Shown here one piece after another: positions 26,778 to 36,725 of a stretch of DNA of 64,000 nucleotides. The notes beneath the pieces were generated by a model, which saw nothing but the letters and a program-made list of their open reading frames with translations, was not told where the DNA came from and did no database searches. Numbering within the stretch: position 1 is the first letter of the stretch; each line of letters begins with the position of its first letter. Made by a program: the position numbers and the translations under genes. Source of the stretch: Candidatus Micrarchaeota archaeon (GTDB taxonomy: Archaea > Micrarchaeota > Micrarchaeia > Anstonellales > Bilamarchaeaceae); the NCBI GenBank assembly GCA_043821365.1, contig JBDRCX010000003.1, positions 20,175 to 84,174 of the forward strand. The letters are read 5' to 3'.

Positions 26778-28466
26778 TTATCTTCTTGGTTTTCTTTTTC
26801 TTATCTTAACCCAAATTTGCCATAATAAAATAACTATCACTATTATAGCACCAACGAGCACAAATGGACTAACACCAGTTGAATTTACTGTTATTTTTTT
26901 AGTTGCTTCAATGAATCCAATCTTATTAACTGCAATTGTATATTCTCCTGGTTCGTTTATTGTTATGTTTAGGGTTTTATCCACAAAATAACTTTGTCCA
27001 TTCACACTTATGTTAATTCTATCTACTGGTTCTCCATTTTCAAGGTCATTCACAAATACAGTGAATGGAGTTCCCTCTACTACGTCTGATGTTGTAGTAA
27101 TAACAAAACTATTCAAAGGTATTGTTGAATCGTAATTTATCGCAATTGTTGTGTACGTTGTTCCACTCTCTTGTCCATAATCATCAACCACTAAACATGA
27201 TATTGTATTAAGACCAAATATCAAATTTTTAGTTGGGTCAACATATTGATTCCAACCATCTTGTGTTGTGTTAGTGTAATCCCATTCGCCACCGTTTATG
27301 CTCATAAGCACATATGCATTACTTCCTTCTGCAACATACTTTCCACCAACTACTAATTCTTTCTGTCCAATTAATTCAGCTTCAAGTGGATTTGTTATCG
27401 AACATGCTCTTTCAGTGCTATATGCATGTACAGAACCATCCTGGGCACCAAACATGATTTTATTTTGATAGAATAACGGATCACCTACTGCACCACCTAT
27501 AACTGTTTTCCAGACAATTTCTCCATTGTCCTTTGCAATTGCATAAATGCTTTTGTCTGTACTTCCAACAAAAATAACTTCTCGCCCACCCATAAATCCT
27601 GTTTCAGGCATTGTTTGTACTGCTAATTGTGTTTGGGCAGACCATTTCATTTCGCCGTTTCCTGCATCGACAGCATAAACATTACCATCATTACCGCCAA
27701 AATAAATTATACCATTGCTTATATGTGGGGTACTCATTATCCAATTTCTTAGTACTACCTCCCAGACTACTAATCCATTGTTTGCAACATAGGCGTGCAT
27801 TTTATTGTCTAATGCACCAACATAAACCACTCCGCTTTCTATTACTGGTCTAGATGTCCAAAAAGTTCCACCATCAAGTTTTACCTTCCACAAAATAACT
27901 CCATTTTCATTCATTTTTACAAGTTCGTTTTCTTTCCCATAAATAACATAATCTGATCCTGCAGCTGGCAATCCGACAATAGATTCATTAAAGCTGCTTA
28001 TTTTTTTGATACTAAAACTCTTATCAATAACGTAAATTCCATTACTTGCAGTAACAAAAATTTCATCACTGTTTGCACTCATACCATACACATATGTTGC
28101 ATTTTGGGACGTTAGATCAATTGTCAATGATACTACTCCATTATTTCCAATCTTCTTTATCTTCCCGGTTGTTGTTGATACAAAAACCGAGTTTTCAAAA
28201 ATAAGCATATCTGTTGGTTTTTTTTCTAATGTTGTTTGCCATTTTTTCAATCCACTATTGGGGTCTATGGCATATAGTTTTCCGTCATCAGATGCACTGA
28301 CTATCATATTTTGGTATGCAACTGGTTTTAGGCTAATTTCACCGCCAGTACTATACTCCCATACTAGTGAAGCATAGGAAAACGAAAGAAGCAAGATAAA
28401 TAGAAAAGCTTTCCTCATTGGATTTGAATATCCAAATGCTGAAGAATTCTTATGAAAATTTTTCAT
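26778..28466 (-). CDS. PQQ-like beta-propeller repeat surface protein with C-terminal TM anchor
   Basis: Signal peptide; repeated Y-A-(I/V)-D...G...W blades (LYAIDPNSGLKKW, VYAVDAGNGEMKW, IYAIAKDNGEIVW); C-terminal TM helix plus RKRKPRR. Confidence 0.65.
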   Translation of the reverse strand: MKNFHKNSSAFGYSNPMRKAFLFILLLSFSYASLVWEYSTGGEISLKPVAYQNMIVSASDDGKLYAIDPNSGLKKWQTTLEKKPTDMLIFENSVFVSTTTGKIKKIGNNGVVSLTIDLTSQNATYVYGMSANSDEIFVTASNGIYVIDKSFSIKKISSFNESIVGLPAAGSDYVIYGKENELVKMNENGVILWKVKLDGGTFWTSRPVIESGVVYVGALDNKMHAYVANNGLVVWEVVLRNWIMSTPHISNGIIYFGGNDGNVYAVDAGNGEMKWSAQTQLAVQTMPETGFMGGREVIFVGSTDKSIYAIAKDNGEIVWKTVIGGAVGDPLFYQNKIMFGAQDGSVHAYSTERACSITNPLEAELIGQKELVVGGKYVAEGSNAYVLMSINGGEWDYTNTTQDGWNQYVDPTKNLIFGLNTISCLVVDDYGQESGTTYTTIAINYDSTIPLNSFVITTTSDVVEGTPFTVFVNDLENGEPVDRINISVNGQSYFVDKTLNITINEPGEYTIAVNKIGFIEATKKITVNSTGVSPFVLVGAIIVIVILLWQIWVKIRKRKPRR

Positions 28467-28470
28467 AATG

Positions 28471-28941
28471 TCATCCTTTTAACAATGAGTCGTGCTTTCC
28501 TTCATTTACCTCCTTTATAACTTCTCTTGCATTTTTGTTATCAATTGTCACGCCCATACTAACGCATGTACCAAGAACCTCTTTAAGTGTTTCCTTTAAG
28601 TCCTTGCCCAAAGAATTTCTTTTAGACTTTGAAACAACAACTAATCTTTCCAAAGCAACATTGCCAGCTGGTGCATCTTTTGATCCAGCGCCCTTTTCAA
28701 TGCCAGCTTCTTTTTTTATGATCTCTGCGGTTGGTGGGCTGCCAACTTCAACTGTAAATTCCTTTGTTTTTGGATCAACACTTACCTTTACCGGTACTTT
28801 CATACCTTCAAAATCTTTTGTTGCTTCGTTTATCTTCGAAACTACTTGACCAATATTAACTCCCATGGGTGCTAATGCCGGTGCCAAAGGTGGACCAGCC
28901 GAAGCTTTGCCACCGTCTACTATAATATCTATCGTTTTCAT
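28471..28941 (-). CDS. rpl11: 50S ribosomal protein L11 (uL11)
   Basis: GGKASAGPPLAPALAPMGVNIGQVV and the remaining uL11 sequence. Confidence 0.95.
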   Translation of the reverse strand: MKTIDIIVDGGKASAGPPLAPALAPMGVNIGQVVSKINEATKDFEGMKVPVKVSVDPKTKEFTVEVGSPPTAEIIKKEAGIEKGAGSKDAPAGNVALERLVVVSKSKRNSLGKDLKETLKEVLGTCVSMGVTIDNKNAREVIKEVNEGKHDSLLKG

Positions 28942-29068
28942 TCAAAAACCTCTATTACCTATCTTTTGTAATTATTCGTAGAAGAATGGATTCAATTGGT
29001 CTGGTTTGTTTTTTAAATTTAACTTGTTTGGTTTACTAAGAGTTTTGATGAAACTTTTAGTAAAAGTT

Positions 29069-29776
29069 TCAACCCCATCCTTCCATTTTGATTCTTTTTG
29101 TATCAACTTTAAGTTCAATAAGAAATTCTTTCATACTTTTAATCATACCCATCGATCCACACATCCACCAGTCAGTGTTTTTTGGATCTTGAATGTATTT
29201 TGTTATTAATTCTTTGTTTATTCTCCCCTTTTCTCCGTTCCATTCTGATTCTTCTCTTGTTAATGTTATAATTATTTTTATTTTTGGATTTAATTTTTGT
29301 ATTCTTTCAAATTCTTCCTGGTAAATTATTGTTTCTTTGGTTCTAGTACTATATAGTAAAACAAAATTTCCATCTAGTTTTTTCCCTGCAATATCTCTAA
29401 GTATGCTTAGCATCGGGGCAACCCCTGTTCCAGATGCTATCAACCCTACATTTTTTTGTTCATTATATTGAAAATGACCCAATGGCCCCTCAATACCAAT
29501 ATCTGTTCCAATCATTAATTTTTCTAGTTTGCTGGTCATGGCTCCATTAACCATCTTTATGCAAAATTCCAAATAATCTGCACTCGGAGATGAGGCTATT
29601 GAATATGGTTTTTTTATTATTGTATTTCCTTGTTCATCAAAAATATGTATGTATACAAATTGCCCTGGTTTAAACTCTAATTTTTTTTCTATGGGTTCCA
29701 TTCTGTATATATTAACACTGTCAGTTGACTTTTCTATGCTTGTTATTTTGTATTTAATAATTGACAGATGGTTCAC
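29069..29776 (-). CDS. ferredoxin-NADP reductase-like FAD/NAD(P)-binding oxidoreductase
   Basis: FAD motif KPYSIAS, NAD(P) motif IASGTGVAPMLS, C-terminal CGS. Confidence 0.7.
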   Translation of the reverse strand: MNHLSIIKYKITSIEKSTDSVNIYRMEPIEKKLEFKPGQFVYIHIFDEQGNTIIKKPYSIASSPSADYLEFCIKMVNGAMTSKLEKLMIGTDIGIEGPLGHFQYNEQKNVGLIASGTGVAPMLSILRDIAGKKLDGNFVLLYSTRTKETIIYQEEFERIQKLNPKIKIIITLTREESEWNGEKGRINKELITKYIQDPKNTDWWMCGSMGMIKSMKEFLIELKVDTKRIKMEGWG

Positions 29777-29830
29777 CTAAGAGATCTAAGTTCCGATATG
29801 AATTAAAAGATAGGTTGCTTTGAATTTATT

Positions 29831-31267
29831 ATGTTCTCTATAAAAAATTTCTCACTTTTATTTTTGATTGTAAGTGTCTTTCTACTGTTTGGTTGTTTTT
29901 TTCCAAACACGCCTTCAGATAATGGACTACCTTCGAATCATCTAACAAATCAATCTAAGAATAATACTATGAAACCGCCACTACCCAATACTAGTATTAA
30001 ATCTAATATTGTTGATGTAAATATTCCATCGTCAAGTGGTAATGGGACAATTGCAGTTCGTCTTCAAATACCAAACAAAACTAGATATTCTGATGGTGCA
30101 CCAGTTGTCATATGGATTTCTGGTGGCTATGATGGTGGCGGACTCAATCATGGTTTTGCTTCAGAATTAGACGATACAGCAGTAATTACATTTCTTTTTC
30201 CTGGTATAGAGGATCCATGGGCAGGAATTAAGTCTGATGGTGTTTATGATTATCGTGGTGAGAATTGTATTATCTCACTTAAAGATGTAATTCTCTATGC
30301 AGCTGGAGAAAAAACAGACAATCTTAACCGTACTATTGATGAAATTTCAAACATTGATATTCTTCATAATAATATTGGGTTAGTTGGTTCATCAAATGGT
30401 GGCAACATAATAGTTGCTCTACCTGCGTTTTATGGTGATGAACTTGTTGGTCATTTGCGCTATGTTATCCAATGGGAAACACCAGTTTCAAGTCAAATAG
30501 CGAATCGTGATTTTGGTAGAGTCTGGCTTAAACCAGCAACTGGACAAGGTGATTATTTCAATCCACGTTATTCTGGTTATGGCCCACTTATTCTTGGTTC
30601 AAATTATAGTGATCTTACTTACAATCCGAGTTATTCATATTACACTATATTCCATGATGGTAATGGTGATGGTCAATATACTACTGTCTCAGTAGCTGGT
30701 AAAGACCTTCCTGATCTTGATGGAAACGGAAAACTTGAACTTAATGAAGATTTCCCACTTGATTACTATCCTGGTGGAGAGAATGGTACAATCCTCTTCT
30801 ATTCCCGTCCAGTAACTTATGCAATGGAAGAAATGAATATCTTCAATGGTTCTTGGCCTTCAAATATTGCAACACCAGAGCAAGCAGATGAGTATTGGGA
30901 TTTGAGAGAGTCAGTTGTTCTATATGATGATGCAATTGCAAATATGCCAGATCTTGAAGCCATGGTTTTAGCAGGCGAAGTTGATCATGTTCAATCCTCA
31001 TATGATAAGTTCAATATCCAACAAGCTTTTGGTGGATTAATGAAAGCAAATGTATCCTGGGTTCAAATAAATCCAAGTAGTAGCTATCTTACTTCAATTA
31101 ACCCGCTTTACAGCAATAGGAATGATCTTCCAGATAATCAGCCATTCACATCGCCGACAAATTGGAAGAATTTCTCATCATACACCATTCCTGCTGATGT
31201 TTTCAAAGGATTTTATCAATCTGCATCAGTCTGGCAGATGGCTGATAGAGCGCATAATAACAATTAA
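29831..31267 (+). CDS. secreted/lipobox-type protein with an alpha/beta-hydrolase-like nucleophile elbow
   Basis: Signal ending LLFGC; GLVGSSNGG (GxSxG-like). Confidence 0.4.
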   Translation: MFSIKNFSLLFLIVSVFLLFGCFFPNTPSDNGLPSNHLTNQSKNNTMKPPLPNTSIKSNIVDVNIPSSSGNGTIAVRLQIPNKTRYSDGAPVVIWISGGYDGGGLNHGFASELDDTAVITFLFPGIEDPWAGIKSDGVYDYRGENCIISLKDVILYAAGEKTDNLNRTIDEISNIDILHNNIGLVGSSNGGNIIVALPAFYGDELVGHLRYVIQWETPVSSQIANRDFGRVWLKPATGQGDYFNPRYSGYGPLILGSNYSDLTYNPSYSYYTIFHDGNGDGQYTTVSVAGKDLPDLDGNGKLELNEDFPLDYYPGGENGTILFYSRPVTYAMEEMNIFNGSWPSNIATPEQADEYWDLRESVVLYDDAIANMPDLEAMVLAGEVDHVQSSYDKFNIQQAFGGLMKANVSWVQINPSSSYLTSINPLYSNRNDLPDNQPFTSPTNWKNFSSYTIPADVFKGFYQSASVWQMADRAHNNN

Positions 31268-31316
31268 GTGGTGAAATTCTGTTTAGGCTAAGCCTAATAA
31301 ATTATGCGTTCATATT

Positions 31317-32060
31317 TTGATTATGCATGATAAATTAGCAAGATCATTCAAGTATGCTTGGGAATTTTATCTAAAAAGATGGGGTATTATTGTTGCTTTT
31401 TCAATCCCATTCATTGTTGCATTTCTAATTCCAACACTTGTTCCAGCACCAACATACCTAGCCCTTGGTGCTGTTTTCCTAAGAACCGGGAGTCTTCCCG
31501 ATCTAACTCTTTTCGACATAGTAATTACAGCACTAGCATACGCATTATCTGTTTTCATAATCGCAGACACCATAGTCAATATCAATATAGTTGTACGATC
31601 AAAAAGAACACTAACATCTATTCAATACGAAGTTGTTCATGCATTGGGAACCTACGGTACAAGGATATTCTACATATATACAATGGTACTATTGCTGATG
31701 TTTATTTTCCAACTTTTGACCTATGATAATCCTCTTCAAACTTGGATATACCCACTTGCATCATTTATACTGTCATTCTTACTATTCTTTATTCCACCTG
31801 CAGTTGTAATTGATAATTCAGATACTCCAACTGCAATAAAACGTTCAATTAAGATGGCAATGAAGAATCCACATTTCATTTTAGTGTGGGCAGTTGCATC
31901 TCTGATATTATTATCTGTGGTTAAGATATTCGCTGATCTTATATTTTCAGATCCATTTTCAGGATACTTTGTATTATTGGTGAATTCATTACTGATACTT
32001 CCCTATCTTACAATCTTACAAACTCAAATGTACATGGAGAAATATCCACTAGCAAGGTAA
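31317..32060 (+). CDS. multi-pass membrane protein, unknown function
   Basis: About 6 TM helices; ATG at 31323. Confidence 0.5.
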   Translation: MIMHDKLARSFKYAWEFYLKRWGIIVAFSIPFIVAFLIPTLVPAPTYLALGAVFLRTGSLPDLTLFDIVITALAYALSVFIIADTIVNINIVVRSKRTLTSIQYEVVHALGTYGTRIFYIYTMVLLLMFIFQLLTYDNPLQTWIYPLASFILSFLLFFIPPAVVIDNSDTPTAIKRSIKMAMKNPHFILVWAVASLILLSVVKIFADLIFSDPFSGYFVLLVNSLLILPYLTILQTQMYMEKYPLAR

Positions 32061-32064
32061 TTCA

Positions 32065-33054
32065 ATGCCAAAAAATCAGACAGAGTCCAGAAAAAAAGAC
32101 CATGTTGATCTAGTTGTTGATGATGGAGCACAATATGCAAAAACAACTGGATTCGAACGTATGGATTTTGTCCATAATGCATTGCCAGAAATATCTCTTC
32201 AATCAGTTGATCTTTCAACAAAGTTCTTCAATAAAAAAATCAAATATCCAATTCTAATAACTGGAATGACTGGTGGGTATTCTGATGCTGAAAAAATCAA
32301 TAGACAACTAGCAGCAGCTGCACAGAAATACGGTCTTGCATTTGGTGTTGGTTCACAAAGAGCAATGATCGAAAAACCAGAATTAGCAAAAACATATAAA
32401 GTTCGTGATGTTGCTCCAGATATTCCATTACTCTCCAATATCGGTGCATTTCAACTTAAGAAATATTCAACCAAACAAATTGAATCATTGGTTCAAGATA
32501 TCGAGGCAGATGCTCTTGCAATCCATCTTAATGCACTTCAAGAGGTTATCCAACCAGAAGGCGATACTGATTTTACTGGAATTTTAGCTGCAATAGAGAA
32601 AACATGTGACGGATTGTCAGTTCCTATTATTGTTAAGGAAACTGGTGCAGGCCTTAGTCAGGATGTTGCAATTGCATTGAAAAAAGCAGGTGTGAAATAT
32701 TTGGATGTTGCAGGAGCAGGTGGAACATCCTGGAGTGTTGTTGAATATCTTCGTGGTGGTGGTGTTCCTGGTTTTGAAAACTGGGGGATTCCAACTGCTG
32801 AATCAATAATCCAATGTAAGGGAGTTCTGCCAATAGTTGCTACTGGTGGAATCAGAACTGGTGTTGATGGTACAAAAGCAATAGCTCTTGGTGCAGATAT
32901 GTGTGGTGCAGCCTACCCATTCATCAAATCATTAAAGAAAAACAAACTAAATCAATTTATAGAGATTTTTGAGAAGCAAATGGCAATATCAGCTTATCTT
33001 ACTGGTTCTAAAACTATTTCTGATCTAAAAAAGGCCAAACTTCGATTTTTGTAA
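32065..33054 (+). CDS. fni: type 2 (FMN-dependent) isopentenyl-diphosphate isomerase
   Basis: KKDHVDL N-terminus, ITGMTGG, VGSQRA, KETGAG and AGAGGTSW motifs. Confidence 0.85.
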   Translation: MPKNQTESRKKDHVDLVVDDGAQYAKTTGFERMDFVHNALPEISLQSVDLSTKFFNKKIKYPILITGMTGGYSDAEKINRQLAAAAQKYGLAFGVGSQRAMIEKPELAKTYKVRDVAPDIPLLSNIGAFQLKKYSTKQIESLVQDIEADALAIHLNALQEVIQPEGDTDFTGILAAIEKTCDGLSVPIIVKETGAGLSQDVAIALKKAGVKYLDVAGAGGTSWSVVEYLRGGGVPGFENWGIPTAESIIQCKGVLPIVATGGIRTGVDGTKAIALGADMCGAAYPFIKSLKKNKLNQFIEIFEKQMAISAYLTGSKTISDLKKAKLRFL

Positions 33055-33168
33055 CACTTATTTAAAAACTTACTACCATATTCTAACATTCAATGTACCT
33101 TAGTGGCTAAACTCTTAGATTTAGTGCTAAAAGTAGTATTTAAATAATGTTATAAACAGTGTATATAC

Positions 33169-34788
33169 ATGCAAAGAGTAGAAAAAATGCTAGCTCAGCG
33201 ATCGCATTGGCCTCCTCAGCTTCAAGCATCAGCTAGAAGGTGGGCTGATTGTTATGCCAAGTTCGGTGGCCAAGATGCATTTTCCCATCCACTCCGTGTT
33301 CTTGACCGTGCAATAGACCATGATATGGTTGAACTGCATAAAATTGGGGATAGGCGGGTAGATCCTAAACAACTTAATCTTAAACTAGCGAACATCATAC
33401 TCGGACATATATTTAGACATGGAAGAAATAATCGGAGAGATTTCCCATCAGAAGACTTTGAAAGAAGCCAGCTGACCATGAGTGGATTTGAAATTTTTGA
33501 TGCATTAAGGGAGAATGATCTTAGTGCAATGTCACGGGCTAGATATGGTGAACTTTTAGAAACTCCATCGCTCGGCACATTAGCAAGATGTATTGATGTT
33601 GCACAATATGGGCCAGATGGACTTACTTCTGAAGGTGAACTTGCTAACTTAGATCCAAATATTTTCTACCGATTCAGTCCATATACAGGTAAAAGTGAAT
33701 ATGAACATATAGCTCGCGTTGCAAGAATGGTTTATGCACCTCTATGTGATCTTTTCAGTTATAGAAAATTAGCTGGAGATTTGATGCAAATGTCCTATTA
33801 CCATCTTGATCGTGGGATTTATGATGATGTAAATCTGTATTTAAAACTTCTAGAAACTAAAATTGCTGCAACTCAGAGACTTATGGAGGCAGTACTTCTC
33901 CAATTAAAAGAGAGACTGGATAGTGCTGGTTATAGGTATGATATAATCTTTAGAGAACAAAAACATCCTGGGAAAGTTATGGAGAAGGTTGACAGGTATT
34001 CGCGTGGTGATGGCCTTTCAACCGAAACACATATTGAATCGCTTAGTGATCTTGTTGCTTTTACTGTTGTTTTACACTCAAAAAAAGATGGTAATGGTGG
34101 TAAGGTTATTACACAAAATGATCTTGATGATTTTGAATTTGTAGCAAAATCTATAGTTGAAATCGTATCGGGATTGAAAAAATTACGTAATAATAATTAC
34201 AGCGCTAGTCTTTTTACTGATAGAATCACTAATCCTAAAGAAAGTGGATACCAGTCCTATCATGTTGACATGGCATTTGAAGACCATAGTTTAGTTGGGC
34301 TTGAAGCAATAGTACGAAATACCATAATGCATACATATGCCGAACGAGGTGGTGCAGCCCATCATCTATTCAAAGGAGGGGCTGGATTAACAAAAACAGT
34401 TGAAAAAGCTTACAGGAATATCAAAGATGCAATTGCAGGGGGTCAAAATCCAAATGACACTGACCGATCAGTTTCTTATCAAAGAATTCAATTTGTTGTT
34501 CCAGGTTCTGAACCATATCTGCGCATTGTTCCGGGAGGTGCATCAGTTGGAGAAGCTCTTATTTGCGGTGGCATCAGCCTATTTGATAGACTTTCCATTG
34601 ATCCACCAAGATCAATTTTTGATCAAATTCGTGGTACTTCAGAATTACGTTTAGTTACGTCTGGTTATCCTCTTGTTGCTAATGAACAAATTCTAAGAGA
34701 GCTTCAAATGATGGCAATTAATCCATCTACTGCACGTGAAATTCATGGTTTAATAAGAGAACTAAGACTTACTCCTAGATCTCCTTGA
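33169..34788 (+). CDS. RelA/SpoT homologue: degenerate HD region + (p)ppGpp-synthetase domain + TGS domain
   Basis: REQKHPGKVMEKVDRY (RxKxxxSxxxK-like), SDLVAFTVVL, KESGYQSYHVDM (GYxSxH), LEAIVRNTIMHTYAERGGAAHHLFKGG (EIQIRT..MH..AE.G.AAHW.YK-like), TGS-like IQFVVPGSEPYLRIVPGGASVGEAL. The N-terminus keeps HPLRV but lacks the HD dyad. Confidence 0.7.
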   Translation: MQRVEKMLAQRSHWPPQLQASARRWADCYAKFGGQDAFSHPLRVLDRAIDHDMVELHKIGDRRVDPKQLNLKLANIILGHIFRHGRNNRRDFPSEDFERSQLTMSGFEIFDALRENDLSAMSRARYGELLETPSLGTLARCIDVAQYGPDGLTSEGELANLDPNIFYRFSPYTGKSEYEHIARVARMVYAPLCDLFSYRKLAGDLMQMSYYHLDRGIYDDVNLYLKLLETKIAATQRLMEAVLLQLKERLDSAGYRYDIIFREQKHPGKVMEKVDRYSRGDGLSTETHIESLSDLVAFTVVLHSKKDGNGGKVITQNDLDDFEFVAKSIVEIVSGLKKLRNNNYSASLFTDRITNPKESGYQSYHVDMAFEDHSLVGLEAIVRNTIMHTYAERGGAAHHLFKGGAGLTKTVEKAYRNIKDAIAGGQNPNDTDRSVSYQRIQFVVPGSEPYLRIVPGGASVGEALICGGISLFDRLSIDPPRSIFDQIRGTSELRLVTSGYPLVANEQILRELQMMAINPSTAREIHGLIRELRLTPRSP

Positions 34789-35308
34789 ATTCAGTAAGTC
34801 TAGTTATAACATTCAAAACCATGTTTGTATTTGTTTTTTCTACACCAGAAACTGCAAGTATCTTTTTTACTGTTGAACTGAGTTCACCGCGTGTTTTACA
34901 CATAACAACTGCAATTGCATCATATCCACCAGTTGTATCCCATACTGCTGCCACATGTGGTATTTTTGCCACCTTTCCTTCTATCTGCAGTAAATCCTTT
35001 CCTGAGATGCTTATATCTACAACTGCCATAAATTCAAAGCCTAGTTTGTTGTAATCCAGTTTAGCCCCATACCCAGTTATGTATTCTGATTCTTCGAGAG
35101 ATTTTACTCTTTCTATTATTGCAGTTGTTGACATTCCAATATCCTTTGCAAGTTTTCGATAGGAACGTTTTGAATTTTTTACTAATTCCCCAAGTAGTCT
35201 TTTGTCCATTTCGTCCAGTTTTCTTGTAATATTTTTCATATAAACCAAACATTTGTATGTAATATTTATATATTTATTGGACATTTGTTTGGTTAAAAAC
35301 CATTTCAC
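34775..35308 (-). CDS. Lrp/AsnC-family transcriptional regulator
   Basis: LDEMDKRLLGELVKNSKRSYRKLAKDIGMSTTAIIERVKSLEESEYI. Probable start at 35239. Its 3' end overlaps the RSH gene by 14 nt (convergent). Confidence 0.8.
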   Translation of the reverse strand: MKWFLTKQMSNKYINITYKCLVYMKNITRKLDEMDKRLLGELVKNSKRSYRKLAKDIGMSTTAIIERVKSLEESEYITGYGAKLDYNKLGFEFMAVVDISISGKDLLQIEGKVAKIPHVAAVWDTTGGYDAIAVVMCKTRGELSSTVKKILAVSGVEKTNTNMVLNVITRLTEFKEI

Positions 35309-35381
35309 AAGCTTTTTAATCTTTGTTTTCTTATTTTAACAAATATTTGGGAGTTTTTAGTTTAATTTGGGAGGTTTTATT

Positions 35382-36725
35382 ATGGAATTTAAAGAAGTTA
35401 CTGACGAAGAAATATTGGAAAGAGTTGCGAAAGACAATGTAAAATTTGTGAATCTGCAATTCACTGATCTTTTTGGTGTTGTTAAGAATGTTACAATTAC
35501 TTCTGAACATCTTGAAGATTCACTCGAAAGTGGAACCTGGTTTGATGGCTCTTCAATCGAAGGGTTTGCAAGAATCCATGAAAGCGACATGTTTTTGAAA
35601 CCAGATAAAGACACGTATGTTTCAATCCCATGGTTACATTCTGCTGATGGTAATACTGCGAGGTTGATTTGTGATATATATAACGCAGATGGAAAGCCGT
35701 TTGAGGGAGCTCCAAGAACAATTCTAAAAAAAGTATTAGCAGAAGCAAAAGAACTTGGATATGAATATAATACTGGACCAGAACTAGAATTTTTTCTTTT
35801 CAAAAAAGAGAATTGTAAATTGCAACCACTTCCACATGATAAGGGTGGCTATTTTGATTTAAGTATGGATCATGCCTATGAAATAAGAAGAGACATGGCC
35901 ATAGCATTAGGAAAATTTGGTATAGCTGTTGAAGCACTTCATCATGAAGTTGCGGTTGGTCAGCATGAGATTGATTTTAGATATGGTGATGCTCTAAAAA
36001 CTGCTGATAATGCAACAACAATGCGATATGTAGTGAAAGCTGTTGCAGAAAAACATGGTTTACATGCTACTTTTATGCCAAAGCCAATTACGGGTATAAA
36101 TGGCAGTGGTATGCACATCCATCAGAGTCTTTTCAAAGATGATGTCAATCTATTCTTTGATGGGTCTGATTCTCATAACATGTCTTCACTTGCAAAAAAT
36201 TTCATTGCCGGACAATTGAAACATATTCGTGGTATGTGTGCGATAACTTCACCCACAGTCAATTCATACAAAAGGCTTACTCCGGGGTATGAAGCCCCAG
36301 TTTATTTAAGCTGGGCAAGAACAAATCGTTCTGCATTAATTCGTGTGCCTGCCATCAAGAAAGATAAGCCAAAAGCTGCTCGTATTGAATTACGTTGCCC
36401 AGATCCATCCTGCAATATTTATCTTGCATTTGCAATAATGTTAAAGGCTGGCCTGGATGGAATAAAGAATAAACTTGAACCACCAGTACCTGTAGAAGAA
36501 GATCTTTATGAGTTTGATGATAATAAACTTTCAAAACTCAATATTGCACAACTTCCCTATTCTTTATTTGAGGCAACAAAAGAAATGAAAAAGAGTGAGC
36601 TTGTAAAAGATGTTCTGGGAGAAACAACTTTCAACAAGTATATTCATGCAAAGATTTCTGAATGGGATGAGTACAGATTACAAGTTACCGAGTGGGAGCT
36701 TGATCGCTATCTGGAAAGTTATTGA
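35382..36725 (+). CDS. glnA: glutamine synthetase type I
   Basis: Typical GS sequence (FTDLFGV..., GSGMHIHQSL, NSYKRL, RIELRCPD). The ATG at 35382 is preceded by GGGAGG. The track start at 35367 is TTG. Confidence 0.95.
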   Translation: MEFKEVTDEEILERVAKDNVKFVNLQFTDLFGVVKNVTITSEHLEDSLESGTWFDGSSIEGFARIHESDMFLKPDKDTYVSIPWLHSADGNTARLICDIYNADGKPFEGAPRTILKKVLAEAKELGYEYNTGPELEFFLFKKENCKLQPLPHDKGGYFDLSMDHAYEIRRDMAIALGKFGIAVEALHHEVAVGQHEIDFRYGDALKTADNATTMRYVVKAVAEKHGLHATFMPKPITGINGSGMHIHQSLFKDDVNLFFDGSDSHNMSSLAKNFIAGQLKHIRGMCAITSPTVNSYKRLTPGYEAPVYLSWARTNRSALIRVPAIKKDKPKAARIELRCPDPSCNIYLAFAIMLKAGLDGIKNKLEPPVPVEEDLYEFDDNKLSKLNIAQLPYSLFEATKEMKKSELVKDVLGETTFNKYIHAKISEWDEYRLQVTEWELDRYLESY

